Source of the DNA: Intoshia linei
Taxonomy: Eukaryota > Animalia > Orthonectida
Assembly: GCA_001642005.1 (NCBI GenBank)
Contig: LWCA01000279.1
Coordinates: forward strand, 1-34,321
Direction: 5' to 3'
Length of the DNA stretch: 34,321 nucleotides
The number at the start of each line of letters is the position of its first letter. Position 1 is the stretch's first letter. Under the pieces are notes generated by a model that searched no databases, was not told where the DNA came from, and was given only the letters and a program-made list of their open reading frames with translations. This document shows, piece after piece, positions 24,574-34,321 of this stretch. The translations under genes were made by a program, and so were the position numbers.

Positions 24574-25259
24574 CTCTAGAGAATGGATGTTATAAAATTA
24601 CATTCCAAAACTTTTCGAATCGATTTTGCTGCAGGTTATTACTTTGAATATATTTTTAATAAAAATAAAATTTCATCAAGAAAAAATGTCTTACAACGAA
24701 TATTATGTTTGAAAGGAAAAAAAAGCACATGTTTTCACAATAGTTTCACATGAATTGCATGAAATATATATTAAAACCGGACTTAATATTATTGGAAAAA
24801 CGAGAATTGAACATAAATTAAAAAATTTTTTAGAAAAACTACCAAATATATTTGATATACAAAATCAAATCAAACTAAATCTATTAAAGAAGATTTAAAT
24901 TTCTTAGAAAGTCAAAAAATGGGGATTGGATATATAGCTGGACCATTTACCGTTAATCATCCATATATCCGACAGATATTTAAACGCGTTCATAAACCAA
25001 ATAAAATTCAACTGAAAAGATAAAAAGTAACATAAAAAACAAGATTTTGAATATGAGGAAAATGTTCCTAAATCAGATAATGGAGATATAGATATGAAAA
25101 ATTTAAGTACATTATGTGGCAAATACAAAATAGGATCTGTCATGGTATATTAGAAGATATATTTGATATTTGTAATTTATTCATATTCTCAGTATGGACA
25201 AATAAACGCGATCAGTTTACAAAAAATTTTCATTATTTAAAAAATATAATATCGGATAA

Positions 25260-26200
25260 AAAAATGAGTCAACATTTTGATGGTCGTCGATGTAAAAATT
25301 GTCAAATCAAGTAGTTGAGGAATTGGTGATATGCGTCTAATATGAAGAAAATGGAAGCATTTCAATTGATGTTAATCATTTAAAAAATGGAACTGCAGCC
25401 ACAATTTTCTGTGCTATAAAAGATACCATCGAAATGTATGATGTAGCAGAAAATATTTGCATGATTATATGCGATACATGCAACGTCAATACAGGGGGAA
25501 AAATGGGGTGATAAAAATGTTAAATGATAACGTATTCCAAGAAAATATTGAATATTATGGCTGCCAGCGTCATATTTTAGATAGATTGTTAAGAATATAT
25601 ATGGATGAAATTTTGTGTCCTAATGCTATCAGTCCGAATATCAATTATGAATTTGTATCATGGTTAATTTCAAATTACAATAGAAAAATTGAATTGTACA
25701 TAGGAGAAATTGATATACCAAAAGGTGGAAATTGGTATATGGATGACTATGCTGAATTAGAAAAACTGTGTAAAGCATATAAAGTATTGAAAAATACTGG
25801 AAAAATAGTTGAAATTAAATGGAAGAAATTACCGAATATGTCAATGCCAGATGGAACATCCGCGCTAATTTAGCATTAATGGCATATATTTTGGGTTTTA
25901 GAAACATAAGTTTGGCAGAATGTTGTAATTTTGTTTTAAATATTTGGTTTGATGCATGGAAAAAATGTGTATCAATAATATACCAATTAAAAATGTATAA
26001 GAACTAATTATGTCTCTTAAAGGGAAAAAAATGCATTTTTTTTCTTAATAAACACAAATATACATCTCAACCGAAATTGGACGTACGGTTGACAAATGAG
26101 GTAGCTGAGCGATTTCTCTCAAGGCTAAATATTTTAAAAGATCGCTCCAGAAATATTTCAAATTTAAGAAAGAAACTAATTCTCGATGTGTATTAGAAGT
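25260..26200 (+). pseudogene. Decayed DDE transposase of the hAT superfamily (hATm-like)
   Basis: Across frameshifts and stops the order is HFDG (25273-25284), LKNGTAATIF..MIICDTCNVNTG-KNGV (D at 25473), YYGCQRHILD (CxxH), SNARWN, TNEVAER (E at 26107). This matches the D-D-CxxH-RW-E layout of hAT-type transposases. A candidate right terminus is TTTTTGAAACACCCTA ending at 26870 (TAGGGTG-type end); the left terminus was not found. Confidence 0.75.
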
Positions 26201-26987
26201 TGATCTTTTTTAATTGATAAATTCATTTATACTTTTGGTTTTTTTCATTTTATTTTAATAATTTACTATTTTAGATTTTCTATTATGTGTATTGTACACT
26301 GTATTATAATATTATTATGGAAGACAGGAATCTAAACAATTATAATTTAATTTAGAATACATAAATAATTACAATTAAATATTGTCATACTTACATATTT
26401 TTAATTATGAGAATATGAATACAGAGTGGATTTATAGTGTATTTAAGTTATATTAGGTATAATTCGTATTCGCTTTATTATTAAAAATTTTAGTTTCTAT
26501 TAAATTAAGATTAGAAAAACCCTTTTCTGGAAATCGTTATATTTTTTTAATTGGATTTGTGGGTCTTACAAGTATTACACCTCTGTTCGATTTCTTTCTC
26601 TGTTTCACTCAAAAATAAGTCATCAAAAAATAAAAATATTTCGTGTAATATTCATATTTGTTGTTAAATTTGATATATCAATTAATGAGAATTCAGATAA
26701 TAAACTATTTTTCAATATTTTTTACGAAAATCTTTACTTGCAGTGCGCAACTCGACCACCAACGTTTGCGAAAAAATAAAAGTCACATAGTACTCTAAAT
26801 ATAAATACTAGCTTAATTTTTACTAAGGCTAAGAGAAATTCGCAAAATTTCTACTTTTTGAAACACCCTAGTAACCATCTATTTAAGACATTGATACACA
26901 AAAAGATTTAGAAACAATAATTTCTAATAGTTAGTCGAGATTGAGCTTTTATCGCAAATTTTATTTTCAGAAATTGACTCATTCATA

Positions 26988-27040
26988 GTATATAACAGTC
27001 GAAGTCGTAGTCGAAGTCGTAGTCGAAGTATATAACAGTC
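26988..27040. repeat. Short local duplication
   Basis: GTATATAACAGTC-(GAAGTCGTAGTC)x2-GAA-GTATATAACAGTC. Confidence 0.7.
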
Positions 27041-27480
27041 AAGCTAGTATATGAAATATAATTACAGAAAGATTATAATGTGAAATATAACAGAAGCCTA
27101 CAAAAAATAACGACACATCGTTACAGGTAGCGACCATTACATCTTATTATTGTTTATGGCGTATTAAAGAATACATTTAAGTAATAAGTTTAAAAATACA
27201 TAAGTAATACATTTACTTTTATTGAATTTGATACTATGCTTAGGTATTTTCGGAATTCATTTTTTCGTATTGCTTTTCCAAGGCTGAATAAAATAAGAAT
27301 TTTGGTAAATGACAACACAATTTCTAAATTTAATTTATAATAACATTCAAACATGTAAGTGAGTCAAGTTTTACAATTAATTAAAGGGTTCGAGGAAAAT
27401 TTAATAAAATATTGAATAAAACTAAATTTTGGTATGAACATAAAATAATCACTACCATATATAATGCCACAAAAGTAATA

Positions 27481-27548
27481 CAGTAAAACCTCCGTTATTC
27501 GCCCAAAATGAAATTTGAAATATTGGGCAAATAACGGACGTTATACTG
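27481..27548. mobile_element. Minimal 68-bp Tc1/pogo-type hairpin MITE
   Basis: TA flanks at 27479-27480 and 27549-27550. TIRs CAGTAAAACCTCCGTTATTCGCCCAA / TTGGGCAAATAACGGACGTTATACTG match 23/26, with a 16-bp spacer. Confidence 0.85.
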
Positions 27549-29318
27549 TACTTCATTTCAAGTTATTTGAATTCTATTTTTAAATAGCGTATATATTTTT
27601 TCAAGTTTTCCAACTTGTTTGATTCTAAAAAAAAAGGAAAATTGGGGTTTTTGCCCCGTAAGATGTGAGTTTGGGAGGTTGAAATTTATCTTATTATATG
27701 TCCCGGAAAAAACTAATTGAAATGTGGACTTTATAAAATTCTAAGACTGGTAGTTATTTCAATGAAGTGGAACACACACACAAAGAAATATTGCGTAGCA
27801 TATTCTTTAAGTAAGGAAGGATTGTCAGTTCTGTTTAATTTGAACATTCGGAGAAGATTTGAAAAAAATTCAAATACAGATTTAGAATTCTTTCGCATGA
27901 ATTGTCATTATATAATGTGTAATTCCAATCTTAAATTTTGTCTTTTAAAACGAATAGAAAAACATCCAAATGATGAAAATATATTTATTGAGAATTTTCT
28001 CATTGTAGAGAATGTCATTGTCATTGTATCTCATTGTATTTTCTCATTTTCAGAAAGTAGATATAGATGGGGAGATAAGTTGTCACACGATATAAGAGTT
28101 GGTTTATCTCAAACAAAACCAAATATGATAAACTTGTTTACGATAAACAACAAAAAAAGTATCATTAATTATATCATCAGTGATGAATCATCACAAGTTT
28201 ATTATTTAAATTAAAATATTTTTTTAATTAAATTAACTAACAATAAATAATATATATAAATAATAATAACATAATATATGACAATTTTCTTAAAATATTA
28301 TTTTAAATATAAAATTTTTTATACAAATAGCTATAAAGATGCGTAAAATTATCGTCTAGCTAATCATGAACGCCGAATTGATAAAAAACCGATTCCAATG
28401 AGAAAACTGAATAAATATAAATTAAAAATTAATTGTTATAGAAATAATTATTACTATGAAATTTACTATGCAAAATAACTTAAATTTTGCTCATTATTCA
28501 TATTTTAAAGTGCTTTGCCCCAGGGTTTTTTTAAATCCTTTTTATATAATTTTTTGATAATTGTGTATATTCAACCCCATCTTCCACATATTGGATGGCA
28601 ATTTTGTATTTTCGCAAAAAAGTGAAAAAATTCACACCCCTAATGTATATAATTTAAATCTCAATAAAATAAGATTTTTAAGTTGAATTTTAAGGTATCA
28701 TTTTTTATTTTTGCAGGAGTGTTGGATATAATTGATCTGGGTAACGAGTGTGCTAAATTTAAAAAAGAGAAACCCTGTTTTATACAAAAGACATAATACT
28801 AATATGAGATTTGTAATGTATATATTAATTAGGTGAAGTCTTAAAATTCATTTAATATCAATAAAAACATTTAAGTTCACTTGGTATATATTTATTTCTT
28901 TTTAAACACGTCACTAATTTTTAATTGATAGTTTTTTGTTATGCTAATGCATCTCGAATATCATATATTAATAATTCAAAACCAGCGAGGTGAACAGGAG
29001 CATTATCTAGTGGTTAAAGGATTTTTATTTTAAATTTAAATCTCTACCTTTCTTTTTATTGAATTGTTCATAGTTAACAATAGAAAAAACATAAAATTAT
29101 AATTTGTTCAAAGTAGCAATGTTCGAACTTAAGGATGTTCAGATTATGCAGAAAAGACTGTATTTGTGTTAGAATATTAAATATGATGTGTAACTTCAAA
29201 AAAATAATGAAAAATTTTTTCATTATTGAATTTCATACATAGACATAAACATAAACAAAATGAACCCTAAAGTTCTTTTAAATCCTATAATTTCTCAAAA
29301 TATAAAATATCCTACCCT

Positions 29319-31139
29319 TTACATTTTGATATACAAATATTGCCTCAGTATATGATTTTTTAACATCAACTATTAATTTAGAAAATGGCCCCGTTTTATG
29401 GACAATGTCCATTGGACATGAATATAATAATTATAATTTTTAACAATAAAATACTACCGCAATGAAATGAAGGAAATATCCGTTCGTCCAGCCATTCGTA
29501 CAAAGTCCAATAGAATTTAAAACATTATTAACTACAGTATCATGAGTAGGGACCAATATTGATTCTTTTGTCTGACCACTGATATTTCCTACCATCATTC
29601 CAGGGCAAATACACTAAAACTTTAACATATATAATTTACAATTATATCTTAATGTTAAATTAATAATTATAACTAAAGTATTAATATTATTAATATTAAT
29701 ATCATTCTTATATAATTGTGTATAAAAAGAGTAAAATTTACCCATAAATGTACATTTTACATTCATGTGATTGTGACACGTAAAAATTGTAATTATCGAA
29801 CACTGGGTTCGAGTATTCGAAATTTAACTAATTATAAAAGATTCAACAAGTATAATGAGCGTCATATATAATTCATTAGTAATATATACCTCTACAATGA
29901 TATCAGACTTTCGCAATTCGCAAGCAAGACTAACGCTAAAGTTTTTCAGAAAAGCCTAAATTTTGATAAATATGTAATATTAGCTAATGTATTAATAATA
30001 TATTTTACTAATATATTAATAATAATTATATTTATACAAATTACTTTAGTAGCTGAATAAACTGTTAAATATGGAAGTTCAGTAAAAGCTACTACTGAAC
30101 TTATATTTAAAATAATTCCCTTATTTCTTTTTTTCATTTGTGGTAGCACAATTCGAGTCATCTAAAATCATTATCATATTTTTATCATCTTTTATAATTA
30201 AAAATAAATATAAGTTATTTTTAGATTGAAAACATAATTGAATTGTATGTTTAAATGCATATCATTTAAATATCAAAATAAAGCATAATGTTTTTATATT
30301 GAAAAATATATACTTAAAATTTTTATCAACTATATTACAAAATTATAAAATATTACTAAAACCCCTGACATTGCATTTACATTGACGATATCCATTACTC
30401 TCTGAAATTATTAGACTACATCCAAAGATTTTTATACCTTTTCGGGAAGATTTTCCAATTCTGTATAATCAATAATTCCAACATTGTTAACTAAATTGGA
30501 TATACAATGTATATTGCACAATGTTATACATATTGAGCATATATTATAATATTTATATTTACTCAAAATGGCAATATCTTCAAGTTCTGATAAAGGTGGT
30601 TTAATTTTTAATTCATAAGACATGTAATTTCCATCAGTAAAATTGTATTGTATTATTTTTATTTTAACATTGTATTTTTCTAGATATAATTAATATTCAA
30701 GAATAAAATTGAGGTCAAATTATTCATTTTATTATTTTTTTGGATTATTTTTTATTAATTTTAAAATTACCCAATTCTTGAGAAACTTCATTTAATTTAT
30801 TTAAATTTCTACTGATTAAAACTAAATTTAACCCGTCCTTGGCTAACTAATATATTATATTTAATAATACATACATGTATTATGTAATATTAACTTGATG
30901 ACAGAAAGCGAGTCCCATTCCCGAAGTTGCACCGGTAATAACTAAAATTTCAGTGAAAATTTCATTAATTGAATATTACCTGCCCATTTTCCATGTTTTT
31001 TAATGTTTTCACCTTTAACGCCAAATAACCTCATTATATACTCTTTTGTAGATAATAATATTGTCAATGTTAAAATTACTATCAATAATGTTAATAACAT
31101 TAATGTAAAAATAGCTGATCCACTCAATCCCTCATTCAT
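29319..31139 (-). CDS. Short-chain dehydrogenase/reductase, very-long-chain 3-oxoacyl-CoA reductase (HSD17B12/KAR-like), 10 exons, ~295 aa
   Basis: Exons: 31139-30980, 30941-30895, 30846-30771, 30679-30563, 30490-30438, 30401-30357, 30161-30045, 29955-29890, 29613-29458 and 29369-29319 (last one tentative); 888 nt in frame. N-terminal TM helix, GKWAVITGATSGMG (TGxxxGxG), LVLISRN, INNVG, MTRIVLPQM, NISS, catalytic YSATK. Confidence 0.9.
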
Positions 31140-32039
31140 CTTATACAAATGAGAAATATATTTAAAGAATATATAATTTGTTTACCTTGATAATTTTGAA
31201 AAGTAAGCAAAAACTTTATGTATCATAAAAATAGAGGTATCGTGGATATAATTTTTAGTAATGCGCATTTCATCCAAATAGTCTGCAACGTAGTGCCTAC
31301 GCATGGGCATTGACCATAATGAGAGTAAAAAAATAAAGATCTGATTATTTTTATGTTCATTTAAGAATGTAGTTCTCAACGAGCGAAATAATCTAAACCA
31401 GCGGTGCTTAACCTTTTTGAGGCCATGTTCCAAAAAAGTTTTGCCTAAAATTCCATGGCCCACCTTAAAAAAACCTTAAAATATCTACTTTTATGTACAG
31501 GAAAATGCTTTATTTATTTAAATTTTAAAGTATCAAGAAAAGTGTTAAAAAATAATAATCAACAAGTAAATTTAAATGTATACTAGTTAGTGGACTGCCT
31601 TGGCATGGGTATTTGTTGCACAATGAAATTGGTTCAAAAATATTCAATTAATATTATTCACTCAGAGACCATAATAAGTGTGAAATAATGTAAATTCCAA
31701 TTAATCAAAATATTTTGTTTTATTTCAGGTTGATCAGATTAATTTCGAGTGTGTTATATTTTTTTGTGTGGTATAAATCGAGGATGTATCTTATTTAAAG
31801 AATATTGTCACTTTTTTTAATTTGTTATACTTTCTATGCTCCTCATCAATGAAAGGGTTGAAAAGGCTACTTTAAAGAAGACTATCTATAAAATCTAATA
31901 TAATACTTCTATTATAGATTATACAAAAAAATATAATATAGTATAATATGATGAAAAAAAAATACAATTGATTAATTATCATTTCGAGTGTTTTCCTATT
32001 CAATCCTATTTTTCATTAAAAAATAATAATTTTCGATAA

Positions 32040-33570
32040 CACTGTCCAACACTAAAAATGTTTTTCTGAAGTTTTTCATATTATAATACTTAACATGGAA
32101 ATATCTCCAATTCTCTAAAATTTCAGTTTATTTTTCAAGTTAAATATATGAGCTATAAGGTAAACATATTTAAAATTGTTTTTATGAAACAACGTGTAAA
32201 ATTTATTAAATAAATTAAAATTAAATTAATTTTTGTCAATATCACTTGTTTTTTGCATTTATTTGAGTGTTATAAAATTGCTGATAAAATTTGATATATT
32301 TGCAGTATGTATATGAAATTTTTAGGTAAATATCTTATGAATTAATCTATATTTTATTTAGGAAAGATTTAATTGTTGACGAATACTAAAACAATTTGAT
32401 TTTTGTTTATAAAAAAGTTTTTGGTGTACCCATTAGCGCCGATAGTGATTAGACACCAAATATATAATTTAATACATGTTACACATGTTAACCAAGTATT
32501 CAAATAATGATCTTTCCATTACATTTTATCAACCAAGATTATCGTCAGAACCACAAAATTATCCAGATGACTGTTTCTTTTGTTTGATTGTTAAAATGAA
32601 TTTCAAATTAAGACATTTACAACGTATGAATGCATACCCTGATATTGTTTCATCAAAAAAGCCTACCAGAACAATTAAAATAAAAAAAACAGTTCTACTG
32701 ATGAATTCTATAAAGATCATTTTAACGATACTGATTATGTTGAAAGTAATTGTCTATCAAAATCAGAAAAAGACAGTATTATATCAGATTTGAATTTATC
32801 TATAGAAAAGTCAGAATATTTAATAAAAAAGTTGAACAAACATAAATTAGTTGAAAAAAATGTTACCTCAACTTTTCACAGATTGAGAAATAGGATTTAT
32901 TCAAGATTTTACAGTGAGAAAGACGGGTTATTATATTTTAACGATGTAGAGCACTTAATAATCGCTTTAAAAATAAAATATAAAGTATCTGACTGGTATT
33001 TATGTATGGATGCATCCACAGATAGCTTAAAAGCAGTATTAATAGATAGTCAACATATCAATATGCCATCCCAATTGCATATTCTACCGAAAAAAAAGAA
33101 TCATATGAAACATTTAAGATTCTCCTTAATCTATTGGAATACAAATGCAACAAATGGAGTATAAATGTGTGATCTAAAAATAGTTACATATTTGACGGGA
33201 ATTCAAAGTGGAAATACATCATACCCTTGTTTTCTATGTCTATTCAATGCGATTAATAGAATTCAACATCATATTACACAAAACTACAAAAAAAGGAATA
33301 TGTTTACTTTGAATTATGATAACTATATCCGTCAGCCATTAGTACCATATAAAAATATATTGTTGCCTTTCTTACATGTGAAATTAGGTTTGTATTATCA
33401 ATTTTTGAAAGCGTTTCAGAAAAAAGGAGCTAAGCCTTACTTGGTTAATTTTATAATAAGATCAATATTACCACGAATTATCAATGAAAAAATTTTAAAA
33501 GTCGTCGTTACTGGACCCAACATAAAAAAATTAAAAAATAGTAAAAAATTATTGTTAATTCTATGAATAA
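32040..33570 (+). mobile_element. Decayed, 3'-truncated Chapaev3-like (CMC) DNA transposon with a pseudogenised transposase
   Basis: Candidate left terminus TAA|CACTGTCCAACA at 32040. Translated fragments: DKI*YICS, YKKVFG, EPQNYPDDCFFC, DLNLSIEKSEYL, DWYLCMDASTDSLKAVL, CDLKIV..LTGIQSGNTSYPCFLCLF, PLVPYKNILLPFLHVKLGL..QFLKA, GPNIKKL. These match the Chapaev3 transposase motif series from memory. Several stops and frameshifts. Confidence 0.75.
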
Positions 33571-33617
33571 TATTCATTGAATATACTTCAAAAAATATTC
33601 AGGTTGGAGTTTAACCG

Positions 33618-34131
33618 TCATACTGTATTTAAGATTTTTAAAAAATTACTCCTGAGTAAATTTTCCAGTGATATACTGCTATTTTGTTCCTCGTCATATC
33701 GACTGAAAATATCTCTCCATCGTTCAACACAATTCATTAATCTACCATACTCTTCTTTATTTATTCTACGTCGGTTTGTTCCGAAAGATCCTGAATATAA
33801 AAATTGTATTGTTTAAAATTAAAATTTACTTATCAACACCCCGCATGTAGTAACACTAAACTGAAGGCTCTTTGCAAGTTGATATACGTCCAAATCCTCT
33901 GGTTGACTTAAACTGGTGCCCATATTCATTTTTAGTTGTTTCTATAAAAATTTTACTTTTTAAAATTTTCTTTATTAGTTAAGTGAAAAGCAAACATTTA
34001 TTATACAACTATAATATTTACAATTGTAAATAAAATTAATAAACTAAATTACACAATAGTAAAGTATAACTTCTACTGTCTTTTCTCGATTATAAGAAGT
34101 CTTCTTATATTCGAGAGTAGAAGGAAAAATG
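33618..34131 (-). CDS. Penta-EF-hand domain protein, probably the C-terminal part of a calpain; partial
   Basis: Not in the ORF track. Exons 34131-34071 (IFPSTLEY, like the calpain domain III IVPSTFE motif), 33941-33830 and 33790-~33618 give FSVTTCGVLIRSFGTNRRRINKEEYGRLMNCVERWRDIFSRYDEEQNSSISLENL. This matches the PEF pattern FSxxTCRxLI..EFxxLWxxxxxWxxIFxxYDxxxSGxI. The 5' part likely runs off the window. Confidence 0.6.
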
Positions 34132-34321
34132 CTTATCAAAAACAAGTAAACTTTTAAGCAAACTTTTAAAAAATATAAAAAATACACTAAAAGTTTGCTT
34201 TTGTATTTATAAGAACTCGTTAGCTTTGTATTAAATTACATCTTGGGGTATTCTCAAAATCTATTTGTTTGAGATAAAACTTATAAATTAAAAAATGAGG
34301 TCTGTGAAAAACTTAAAGAAT

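Noticed and set aside
27717-28214. 165 aa ORF
   Set aside because: TTG start, no recognisable motifs and no exon chain; I cannot support it as a gene.
31140-31185. AG just before the ATG of the SDR, stomatin and ALDH genes as spliced-leader acceptors
   Set aside because: The SDR case is explained by a 46-nt cis 5'-UTR intron (GTAAAC..TAAG), and the others by chance or UTR introns. No SL evidence in the sequence.
31182-31463. 93 aa minus-strand ORF upstream of the SDR
   Set aside because: It begins in a hAT MITE end (CAGCGGTGCTTAACC at 31399) and is out of frame with the SDR after splicing.
33577-33816. Plus-strand 79 aa ORF as a continuation of the transposase
   Set aside because: It is antisense to the PEF exon and has no transposase motifs.
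1-34321. CRISPR array, rRNA, operon or prokaryotic defence system; alternative genetic code
   Set aside because: No repeat-spacer array or rRNA. Spliceosomal introns explain the broken ORFs under the standard code.

Overview
This is very AT-rich eukaryotic (animal) genomic DNA with many 34-45 nt GT-AG introns. That architecture resembles compact parasite genomes such as the orthonectid Intoshia (inference only). Five spliced genes were reconstructed by hand: a stomatin/band-7 gene (-, 3' end outside the window, apparently lacking one conserved exon); a ~22-exon, ~2100 aa NWD1/NWD2-like DUF4062-NACHT-WD40 STAND protein (+); a complete 13-exon, 520 aa mitochondrial aldehyde dehydrogenase (-); a 10-exon HSD17B12/KAR-like short-chain reductase (-); and part of a penta-EF-hand, probably calpain-like, gene (-) at the right edge. 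Large introns and intergenic DNA contain non-autonomous DNA transposons (piggyBac-, Tc1/pogo- and Buster-type hAT MITEs, some nested) and two decayed transposases (hATm-like and Chapaev3-like). I found no clearly novel multi-gene system. The best leads are the missing stomatin exon, the degenerate NACHT Walker B, a GC-rich hairpin island in an NWD intron, and a junction where a transposase and the PEF gene are both truncated.
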